Source: an uncultured Planctomycetaceae bacterium (lineage in GTDB: Bacteria > Planctomycetota > Planctomycetia > Planctomycetales > Planctomycetaceae). From it: 64,000 nucleotides of DNA. The notes under the pieces were generated by a model. It made no database searches. It was not told the DNA's origin and saw nothing but the letters and a program-made list of their open reading frames with translations. Within the stretch, counting starts at the first letter, position 1. Every line of letters begins with the position of its first letter. The stretch lies in contig CAXBME010000008.1 of the NCBI GenBank assembly GCA_963976765.1, positions 62,001 to 126,000 of the forward strand, given 5' to 3'. Made by a program: the position numbers and the translations under genes. Shown one piece after another: positions 24,901 to 36,900 of the stretch.

Positions 24901-27900
24901 CGACGCTCCGGACTCCACGGAGCGCGGACATCGTTACTCTGGCTGCGGCAGTCGGACCGACGAGCGGTTTGAACGCTCTGGAAGTCCGAGGCACCAGTGC
25001 GGGGACTGGGTTTGAAACCTTTTATGCCAGCGACGTCGCTCGTGTCACGGTTGATCTGGCGACGGCAGATAATGCTGGAATGCCGGTCGATACAGTCGTC
25101 ATTGAAGATGGCGCACTCGCCGCGAACGAAGGGCTCGCTCTGAATGGTTTGACGATTCAGACTGGAATTGGTCGCGACGTCATTAACCTTCAGGAAGACA
25201 GCTACCTGACCTTCGGCGGTGAGGACGCACTGGTAATTGACGCCGGTGGGAACACTGACCGGCTGAATGTGAATGTCAGCGCGGCAACGGCACAGATCGA
25301 TCAGATCACGCTAACCAATGACAACCTTGGACTGACGGTTGCAGGAGTATCGGCAGGGGTTGTCAGTTTCCTCTCTCCGGTCAGTGGATTATCGACTCTG
25401 GGCGGCGAAGAAGTTTCGTTGACCGGTCAATCCGGGGCAGGTCTGGACAACATCTTTGATCTCAGCGGCTGGACAGCAGGTACGGCCACTGTCGATGGCG
25501 GGACCAGTACCGACGATACGATCATCGGGCCGGATGTTGATTCACTCTGGGATGTGACCGGTTCGAATTCGGGAGCACTCAATGGCAGCAGCATCAGTTG
25601 GATCGATGTTGAAAATCTGACCGGCGGCTCGGGAGATGATTTGTTCGTGTTGTCGACCGGTGTGACGGTCGCAGGATCTATCGACGGTGCTCGGGCAGGC
25701 GTACTGGGCGGCGTAGACTCCATAGACTTGTCGAATCAGGCAGGTGCTCAGTCGATCGTGTTGACCTCTGTGGTCGACGTGAACGGTTATGGTGGGACCG
25801 TCGCCGCAGTCGCGGGTGGGTTTGCTGATCTCAACGGCATCACCGGAACGATTGCCAGCGACTCGCTGACCAACGCGATTCTCGACGGCGGCAGCAATCC
25901 GGTCGCGGGAACGTTCACCCTCAATTCGAACGCTGGCGTCTTCCAGACTGGTACTGTTGCGGTCAACAATGTGAATGTCACCTTTACGAATCAGGTGGCA
26001 GCGGCGGACACAATTCTGCGTGCCAGTGGCAGTTGGCTCGCCGATGGATTTGCCAGCGGCAATGTCATCACCGTGACAGGATCGGCCAGCAACGATGGCA
26101 ACTTCACCATCGCCAGCGTCACAGCAACAACGCTCACGCTGGTCGCAACCGATACGCTGGTCAATGAAACTGGAGTGGTTGTGGATGTCGCGAGAGTCCA
26201 GACGCCATTCTCTTACAGCGATATCGAAGCGTTTACAGCCGGAAATGCGGGTGACACGTTTAATATTAACGCCGATCAGATTCCAACAACGCTGACCGGG
26301 GGCACTGGAAACGACACGTTTAATCTCAGTGCTGGTGTCGTTGTTAATGGTCCGATCAACGCCGGTGATGGCGACGACACAGTTGTGTTGAACGATGGCG
26401 CACGACTCCAGGCGGGTCAGAACATTGACTTTGGCGCCGGAAGTGACACTCTCAGCTTTGGTGGCGGCGGCAGCGTGATTTCGACCGGAAGTTACTCAAC
26501 CGCTCGCAACGTCGTGTTCAGTACATTGAATTCAGTCGATGGCGGCTACGACGGCAGTGAAACACAGCTGGGCTTCTCATTCAGCAGTGCCGATGCAGTG
26601 AATGGTGGCTCGTCCGGTAACGACACACTGCAAGGTGCCGCAAACCTGGACGCCAACTGGACAATCAACGGTGTCGATCCTCCACCACCGCCGACATTCA
26701 GCTTTGTATTCGTCGTTGACGCTTCCGGGAGTACCAGCCTTGGGTTTGCCGGAACGCCGGTGGGTGATATCAACAATGACGGTTTCGTCGATTCGATCCT
26801 CGATGCGGAACTGGCATCTCTGCTGTCGTTGCGGGATCAACTGGCCGCCAACGGTGAAGTTGCCACGCTCTCACTGGTCGCTTTTGGCACCAACTCGTCG
26901 ATCATCGATATGGATCCGTCGACCCCGGGTGTGCTGGACTTTTCAACATCTGTGACGGCGGACAATGACGGCAATGGTATTCCGGATTTTGAAGACGCTG
27001 TCCGTTCGATCGCGTTCCTTGGAAACACATTCTTCGAGTTTCCATTGCAGGATGCGATCTCCATCTTCAATGCGGTACCAGCCGACAATCAGACGCTGGT
27101 GTTCATGTCGGACGGAGCTCCACAGGATGCGCCACCATTCGTACCGACAGCGTTGTACACGGATGAAGTTGCAACGTTAAACGCACAGGGTGTGACATCA
27201 CGGGCGTTTGGTGTTGGAGCGGGAGCGACTCTGGCTTCGCTTCAGATCATCGATCCGACAGCGGTTATCGTTACCACCGCAGATGAACTGGCAGCTCAAC
27301 TGTCTGGGTTCGGTGGCGGTGTTCCTGCAACGCCCAGTGTGAGTATCTACCGCGATTCAGCCGCGACTCAGATTCTGACCTGGAGTGATTTCGAATATCT
27401 GCAAGGGGCGAATCAGTCGGACGTCTTCCAGTTCGGAGACTTCGTCCCGGACGGCGTGCCGACAGTCACTATTGCTGGCGGCGCGGGTGTCGATCAGCTC
27501 ATCGGTAATGATCAGCAGACCGACTTCCTCGTCAATCTGACCAATGGTGGCAGTATCACGTTGCGTGATCCGAACGGTGGCGACGCCACCGCGTCGCAGT
27601 TTCTGAACATCGAAAACCTGACAGGTGGGGCGGTCGGTGACACGTTCACCTTTACTAATACAGGCAGTCTGACCGGCGAGATTGACGGCGCTGGTGGCGT
27701 GGACACACTGACTGGCGACAATGACGGAAACGTCTTCAACGTCGTTCCTCTGGCTGTGAATCCGGTTGCTTCCAATCAGGGAACCTTTGGAAATACAGGG
27801 TCTGTGGTTTCCACAGGTGTGAACGTCACGTTCGCTGATGCCAACCCCGATACCATCACACGCGCAGCCGGTAACTGGACGACCGATGGCTTTAATGTCG

Positions 27901-30900
27901 GGCAGACGATTGCGGTTTCCGGTTCGACCAGTAACGACGGTGTTTACAGGATCGGTGCGATTTCTGGCGATGGTTTGACCATCACTCTGCTGGCCGGAGA
28001 CACGCTGGTCGCCGAAGCTGGAGCAACCGTAACTGTTGTCAGCAATCCGAAAGCCGTTGAAGGCTTCCGTAATATCGAAAACCTGGTCGGTGGTGATGCA
28101 CAGGATATCTTCAATGTAACCGGTGGTAATCTGACTGGGTCTATTGTCGGGGGAGGGGAAGTAGACACCATCACGATCGGAGCTGGTCGCACGGTGGGAG
28201 ATTCTGTTTCGGGTGGAGCTGGGGCTGACAGTGTCATTCTTCAGAATGGGGCACGAGTCACTAACGGCATCTTTGGGGATGCCGGAAACGATCGGTTTGA
28301 AATCGCGAATGGTGCTACGGTCACCAGTAGCCTGACTGGTGGCACGGAAGACGACCTGTTCATCTTCGGAACGGGAGCAATCCTGATTGGTACGATCGCC
28401 GGTGGCGGGGATGCTGGTGATACTATTGACGGCGGCAACACCGGAACGCTCTACCGCATCACTGCACCGAATGCCGGTGTTCTTAATGGTCGCATGAGCG
28501 GTTTCAATGGCATCCGAAACCTGGTGGGTGGTACCAGTGCCGACACATTCCGCTTTGAATCGACTGGAAGTCTCAACGGATCGATTACCGGCGGGGCCGG
28601 GGATGACAGTCTGCAAACCAGTGATGCTGCCGATCAGTTGACTTTGACAGGAGTCAATCTGGGCAATTCTCTGGTCAATACCGTCACAACGACCTTCGAT
28701 TCACTTGAGAACATCGATCTGCGAGGTAGCGACGACACGATCAACGTTAACGATGGAGCCGGTCTCAGTGGTACCTTGAGTGGTGGCACGGGCAATGACG
28801 TTCTGAATGGGCCAGCCAGCGGCGCGATCTTTAACGTGACGTCTGACAATTCCGGCGAGCTGCGGAACGCTTCCGGGACAGCCGAATTGCTGGGAATTGG
28901 TACGGCAACTCCAGGTTTCTCCAGTACTCCAGGTTTCTCCAGTATTGAAAATCTCAACGGTGGAGCAGGCAACGACATCTTCAACGTTGGAGACTTTGCA
29001 CTGGGTAATCCCGTCACGCTCGCCGGCAACATTGATGGCGGTGGCGGAAGCAACGTGCTGAACCTCGCGCCAAGAGCATCGATCGGCGGAACCGTTCAGA
29101 ATGTCAATGTTACGATCGTGGTTGGTACGAGTTCGGGGATCGTCGCCGGCAACGCCAACGATGACATTCTTGTGCAGATCGCAGGTGGCGAACTCGAAGT
29201 GGTCGTCAATGGTTCGTCTAACCGGTTCTTTGTCCCGACGACGACTGGTCTGAATGTGGTGATGAACATCCTGTCGCAGGGTGGCGCTGACAGTTTGACA
29301 GTCGATTACAGCACTGAATCCGGCAGCGCCGTCCTACCGGGAGAAATTAACTTCAACACGACGGATGGAAATGATCGCGTTCGACTGATCGGAAACGTCG
29401 GGCGGACCGCGACGTATGAACCGGTTCTCGTGAATGGACAGCGGGAAATTCGAATCAGCAATGGCGTCACCGATCGACTGGTACACCTTCAGCAGGCTGC
29501 GGTTCGGCCTCAGATTGAATTCGACACATTCGACTCATTCAACTTCACCAGCCCTGGTGCGGTGGATATCGTCAATCTGTCAGCTGCGGTGGCGCCTTTG
29601 GGAGGTATTCAGGCGTTGCAGGTCGCAGGAAGCAGCGATGCTGTCGATTTTGCGACGCTGTTGCTAAGCCGTGTGGCTGACGTGACTCTTGATCTTGGTA
29701 TTAACGACACGGCTTTTACAGGTTCGGCTGATACGGTGACGTTGAATGCAGGTGCGTTGCGCAGCTATGCGGGTCTGACTGGCGTGAGTGTTTCGACGGG
29801 TGATGGTGTTGACACGCTGACTTTGAATGAGACGAGTTACCAGAACCTTGCGAACGCTGACGTGCTGACTGTTGATCTGGGTGACGGTGCGGACTCTGTG
29901 ATTGCCGCAGCGTCAGGTGACTTCACCCTGGTGAACGGTGCGACGAACGGGAGCCTGACTCTCAACAACGGGGTGAACACCGGCACGGTGGTGTTGAACA
30001 ACTTTGTGACGGACGGTCGTGGTGAAGCGGCTTCGCTGACCGGAGCGGCTGGTAATGACTCGTTCAATCTGAGTGGTCATAACGGCGCCGTCACTGTGAA
30101 CGGCGGCGGGGGCACTGACTCTCTGACGGGACAGTCTGCGTCGGATGTGACGTGGAACTTCACGAACGCGACGACGGGAACAGCGGTTGATGATGCGAAC
30201 CCGGCCGGCACGGTGACGTTCAACCTGATCGAAGAATTCATCGGGAGCACCGGTAACGACACGTTCGTGCTGGGTGCCGGGGTGGCAGCGGCCATCGCTT
30301 CGATCGACGGCGGCACGGGTAATAACACGCTGGACCTGACGGCAGCGGGAGCCAATCAGACGGTGACGCTGACGGCTGTCGGCACGAGCGGAGTAGGTTT
30401 TGCAGGCAACGCGACCGGAGCCGGCGCGTTTGCGATTACAGCTTTCGACAATGTCACCAATGTGCTGGCCAACGGTGCGAATCTTAACACACTGACGGGT
30501 GCGAATCTGAATTCGGCCTGGACGATCGACGGCACGGTCGGCACGGTGGCGACGACAGCCGGGCCGGTACGGAATCTGTCGTTCAGCAACTTCGTGATGC
30601 TCAACGGCGGGACGGAAAACGATTCGTTCGTGGTGATTGACGACTCGACGGCAGCCATTAACACCGACACGGCGATCGGCGGTTCGGGCAGTGACAGCGT
30701 AACAGTCAACGCCGGCCAGACCCTGACCATCCTCATCCCTCTCGCCTTCGGCGAAGGCGATGACGTACTGACCCTCGCGAACGGAGCAACGCTGACCGGT
30801 GCTGGTGTCAACCTGGGCGACGGCAACAACGTCGTCAATCTTGGAACCGGTGCTGTCGTCAACGGAGCAATTACTGGCGGGATTGGTACGGACAGCGTGA

Positions 30901-33900
30901 CACTGGGCACCAATGCCAACGTCACGGGCAACATCACTGGCGGTGCGGGTGCAGACAGTGTGGTGCTGGGTGATGGTGCGACTGTCGGCGGACAGGTTCA
31001 GGGCGGCACCGGTGCTGATACTCTGAGCTTCGCCGGTTACACGACGGCTCGTACTGTCACGACGACGGCGGCGGTGGTCGGCAACGGCTTCACGGGAACG
31101 GAAGCTGCCGTCACCGGTGGCTTCACTGGTATTGATGCTGTGGTCGGTTCGCTGGCCACGACGGACGTTCTGACGAGCACGATCGCTGGCAACGCGTTGT
31201 GGCTGCTGGACACGAATAACGTACTTCAGGAACTCACGACGAATCAGCAGTTGACATTCAGTGCGGTGGAACGGCTTAACGGCGTTGCAGGCAACGACAC
31301 GTTCCGCTTCGGTGCGGGCGTGACCGAATCGTTCACACTGACGGGCAACGGCGGGACCAACGTCGTCGACGGCAGCCTCGGCGATGATACGTTTGCAATT
31401 AACGCGTTGAATGCCGGTACGGTCACCGTCAACGGTCGCACGAGTTCGTTTACAAGCGTGACGGCTCTGAATGGCGGGGATGGTGCGGACAGCTTCAGTT
31501 TCGGTACCAGCGGTACGTTGAACGGAGCGATTGACGGCGGTCTGGGAGCGGACACGCTGACTGGTCCATCGACCGGTGCTGTGTTCACGGTGACGGCATC
31601 CAATGCGGGGACGCTGACTGATCGAGCCGCGAATCCGCTGCTGAGTACTGGCGGCGGCAATGGATTCACCAATGTTGAAAACCTGGCAGGCGGTGCCGGG
31701 CAGGACATCTTCACGGTGACGGCTGTCGGCGCTGCTCTGACGGGAGGCATCTCGGCCGGTGGAGAAGCGGACACGATCACGATTTCCCGTAGTGTCGCTG
31801 GTCTGGTAGACGGTGGTACGGGGAACGACGTGATCGCTCTGCAGGGTGGGGCAACTCTGACGGGGGGCGTTGCTGGTGGAGCCGGCAATGATGCGATCAG
31901 TGTCTCGGGAACTGTGGCTGGTAACCTGGACGGTGGTGCCGACAACGACACCTTCACGCTGGCAGCAGCAGCGATTTTGAACGGTGTGATCACCGGCGGC
32001 ACGGGCAATGACCTGATCGACGGCGGTAACACGTCGACGGTCTTCCGGATTACCGGTGTGAACAGTGGCCTGCTCGATGGTCGAGTCGACGGGTTCAACG
32101 GCGTAGAAAGTCTCGCCGGCGGAAACGCAGCAGACACGTTCCGCTTCGAAGGGACCGGTACTCTTGCCGGTACGATCAACGGCGGCACGGGGGCGGGCGA
32201 TGTGATCGAAGGTCTGGACGGCGGCGTCGACAGTGTGACTCTGACCGGTGCTGATTCCGGGACGGCGTCGTTCGCGGCGACCGGTTTCTCGGATGTGGAA
32301 TCTCTTGATCTGCGGGCGGGTGCGGACAGCGTAACTCTGACCGATGGTTCGAGCCTTTCGGGTACTCTGGGCGGTGGTTCAGGAGCGGACAGGCTGATCG
32401 GACCGGACACTCCGGCCACGTTCACAGTCACTGGTCCAGATGCTGGTAATGTGACTGGCGGGGCAGCCATTCCGAACTTTACCTCGTTCGAAAACCTGAC
32501 CGGTGGTTCCGACGACGACACCTTCAATGTAAACGCCAACCTGACGGGTGCACTGGACGGTGGTCCGGGTAACGACACGCTGAACCTGGCGGCTGGAACG
32601 TCCATCGGCAGTGTCAGCAATGTCGAAAACGTGAACCTGATCGCCAACGGCACCGACGCGAATGACCAGATCGTCATCCGTAACAACGGCGGCATTCTGG
32701 AAGCGGTGATCAACGGAGCGGTCAGCCAGTTCTTCACACCGGCAGGTGCGTTGAACATCTCGCTGACGGTCAACGGATTCAACGGGACGGACACGCTGAC
32801 GCTGGATTACTCAAGCGGTGCTCTGCCTGATGAAATCACCTTCGCCGACCGCCTGACGACCGGCGGCGGTGCCGAAGGAAATGCCGAGCGGGTTCGCATC
32901 ATCGGTGGCGGTACCGAAGACGTGGACATCTCCGACACACTCGACGCCAATGGTCGCCGCGTGGTGACCGTCACTGATGGTGGTGTGAGCCAGACCGCGC
33001 TGATCGAAATCGGTGCGTTGTACGAACTGGAATCACTGAGCAGCGTAACGCTGACCAGTCCCGGCCAGGCGGATGCCGTGACAGTGAGCGCTCTGACGAC
33101 GAGCACAATCAGCTCGCAGACGGCCATGCTGATCACGGAAGCCGCCAACAACTTCGAGCGTCTGGAACTGATTGGCGTGGCGACGATTGATCTTGATCTT
33201 GGTATTAACGACACGGCTTTTACAGGTTCGGCTGATACGGTGACGTTGAATGCAGGTGCGTTGCGCAGCTATGCGGGTCTGACTGGCGTGAGTGTTTCGA
33301 CGGGTGATGGTGTTGACACGCTGACTTTGAATGAGACGAGTTACCAGAACCTTGCGAACGCTGACGTGCTGACTGTTGATCTGGGTGACGGTGCGGACTC
33401 TGTGATTGCCGCAGCGTCAGGTGACTTCACCCTGGTGAACGGTGCGACGAACGGGAGCCTGACTCTCAACAACGGGGTGAACACCGGCACGGTGGTGTTG
33501 AACAACTTTGTGACGGACGGTCGTGGTGAAGCGGCTTCGCTGACCGGAGCGGCTGGTAATGACTCGTTCAATCTGAGTGGTCATAACGGCGCCGTCACTG
33601 TGAACGGCGGCGGGGGCACTGACTCTCTGACGGGACAGTCTGCGTCGGATGTGACGTGGAACTTCACGAACGCGACGACGGGAACAGCGGTTGATGATGC
33701 GAACCCGGCCGGCACGGTGACGTTCAACCTGATCGAAGAATTCATCGGGAGCACCGGTAACGACACGTTCGTGCTGGGTGCCGGGGTGGCAGCGGCCATC
33801 GCTTCGATCGACGGCGGCACGGGTAATAACACGCTGGACCTGACGGCAGCGGGAGCCAATCAGACGGTGACGCTGACGGCTGTCGGCACGAGCGGAGTAG

Positions 33901-36900
33901 GTTTTGCAGGCAACGCGACCGGAGCCGGCGCGTTTGCGATTACAGCTTTCGACAATGTCACCAATGTGCTGGCCAACGGTGCGAATCTTAACACACTGAC
34001 GGGTGCGAATCTGAATTCGGCCTGGACGATCGACGGCACGGTCGGCACGGTGGCGACGACAGCCGGGCCGGTACGGAATCTGTCGTTCAGCAACTTCGTG
34101 ATGCTCAACGGCGGGACGGAAAACGATTCGTTCGTGGTGATTGACGACTCGACGGCAGCCATTAACACCGACACGGCGATCGGCGGTTCGGGCAGCGACA
34201 GCGTAACAGTCAACGCCGGCCAGACCCTGACCATCCTCATCCCCCTCGCCTTCGGCGAAGGCGATGACGTACTGACCCTGGGTGACGATGCCTTCCTGAT
34301 CGGTGGTAATGTGACTCTGGGGGCTGGTGCTGATCAGGTGACTCTTGGAACAGGGGCGATGATTGCTGGAAACGTCGTCGGTGGAGCTGGCAATGACCGA
34401 CTGACACTGGGGCGGTTCGCGTCAGTGGGTGGAACTTTCGATGGCGGTGCTGATGTCGACACTGTTGATTACTCGGCGATTTCGAGCAATCTGACACTCA
34501 CCCTGACTGGTCTTTCAGGAACTCCAACCGATGGTTTCACCGCAACGGACGGTGGAGTGACCGGTGGACTTCTGGGTATTGATGCTCTGATTGGCGGAGC
34601 TGCCACGGATACTCTGGTCGGACAAAGCACCAGCAACGCTCGATGGACAGTCGGCGCGACTGGTCTCTATCGAGAATTGAGTGCAAACCTTGAAACGGTC
34701 GACTTCTCTGGTTTCGAACGTCTGCAGGGGGGAGCAACTGGTGATGACTTCCGTCTGAGTTCGACCGCCGCTGGTGTTACCAGTATCAACGGTGGAACCG
34801 GAGTCGACAGTATCGAAGGCAGCACGCTGGCTGATACGTTCAACATTACAAGTCTGGATGCCGGGAACGTAACTCTTGATTCGGCAACACCGGGAGCAAC
34901 GATCACCTTCCAGTCAGTTGAAGCTCTCAGCGGCAACGCGGGTAATGACCGATTCGTACTCGGGCTGAATGGTCGCGTTTCGAATGCGATTGACGGTGGT
35001 GCTGATATTGACACCGTGGCAGCGCCAAATCTGGCCAACGCTTTCGTCGTCAACGGGAACAACGCTGGAACTCTGACCAACACGACGGGTGTCGTCGGAT
35101 TCAACAATGTTGAAAGCCTTGAAGGCAACAGCAACGTCGACACGTTCACGATCAATGCGGGGTTCACGCTGGGTGGCAATATTTCAGCCGGAGCAGCCTC
35201 TGACGTTGTCACGCTGCAGGCAGGCGCTGTCGTGACCGGCAACATTTCGCTGGGCGACAACGATGACACCATGACCTTGAATGCGGGGTCGCAGGTTGGC
35301 GGAGCCGTTACCGGCGGTGCAGGTAACGACACCTTCACGCTGACTGGTGCTGGAACCGTTGCCGTGTCGTCGATTGACGGCGAAGCAGGTACTGACCGGT
35401 TCAATCTGGTGAACGCGGTGAATGTTACCGGCACGCTCACTGGTGGAGCGGGCGTTGACACTCTGACGACTGACGGCACGCTGGCGACGACGTTTGTGAT
35501 CGATCAGCTGAACAGTGGGACTCTCAGTAACCGTGGTGGTGCTCGTTTCTCAACGATTGAAGACATCCGGGCGGGCAACGGTGTTGCCGATACCTTCCAG
35601 TTTGAAACAGGCGGATCGCTGGACCAGGCCACACTCAATGGCGGCACGGGAGCAGGCGACTCGCTGATTGGAACGAATTCCGCCGATCAGTTCCTGATCA
35701 ACGGAGTGGACTCCGGTTCGGCCACCATTGGGGCAACGACAACGAACTTCGTTGACATTGAATCGCTCGGTGGTCGTCGTGGAAATGATACCTTCGCGTT
35801 TACGTCGACTGGTTTCCTGACTGGAGTTCTCGACGGCGGCAATGACAGTGACGTGCTGATTGGTTCTGACAACGGCGATGTGTTTGTGGTTTCGAATCCG
35901 AATGCCGGCAATCTGTTTGACGGACCAGGTCAGACGAATCGTCGAACCGGAACAGGACTGGGCGTCGCAGCTGACGGGTTTACGAGCATCGAGAATCTGA
36001 CTGGCGGCAACGGTGATGACAGCTTCATCGTCAACGCCGATCTCGATGGAAACGTTGACGGCGGCGCCGGCAATAACACGTTGATGCTGAATCTTGGTAA
36101 CGCTTCAATTGGCGGCACCGTTTCCAACGTCAATGTCACGGCGTCTGTCACGGGAGCCGCCGGCGATGACACGATCATCGTTCGACGTAATGCTCAGAAC
36201 CAGATCGAGGTTGTTCACACCAACGCAACCAGCGTTATCAATACGACCAGTACACTGTTTGTGCCGGCTGCTCAGCTTGGCGTCAGTCTGATTGTAGATG
36301 TGTCTGGTTCCAACGGTAACGACCTGCTGGTTGTTGACTATTCGGCAGGGACGCTGCCGATCGATATTACCTACACCGGCGACGGTACGAATGATCGTCT
36401 CCAGGTGATCGGTTCGAATGCCGAAGTTGTTACCTACACGCCGAATTCCGCTGTCGCCGGAAGCGGCATCGTTGACGTCGATGGCAATGTGCTGACTGTT
36501 GCCGGGCTCGAGGCACTTGCTCCGAGCGTTGCGTCCATTGAATTGAGCGATCTGGCCAGCGTTGCACTGGTGACACCAAACAGTGCCGACAACGTCACGC
36601 TTGATACCGTGCCGGCAGCCGTTACCGGTCAGCAGTCGTTGCAGATTTCAGGGACGAGTGGTGCAGTCACGTTCAATGCCGTATCGCTGGTCAACGTGCC
36701 GACGGTAACGATCGACATGGCGACGGAAGACGAAGCAGGCAGCTCGGCTGACACCTTCACGCTGGCTGCTGGCGCATCGCTGTCGGCGTACGCTTCTCTG
36801 GCGAACGTGCTTGTTCAGACAGGTGCCGGTGCCGACACCGTAACGCTGCTGGGCAATAGCTTCGAAACCATCGCGGGCAACAGTGTTCTCAACATTGATG

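Noticed and set aside
29687..34279. Repeat pair as the TR/VR of a diversity-generating retroelement
   Set aside because: It is far longer than a typical TR/VR, the few differences are synonymous, both copies are coding, and no reverse transcriptase is in the window.
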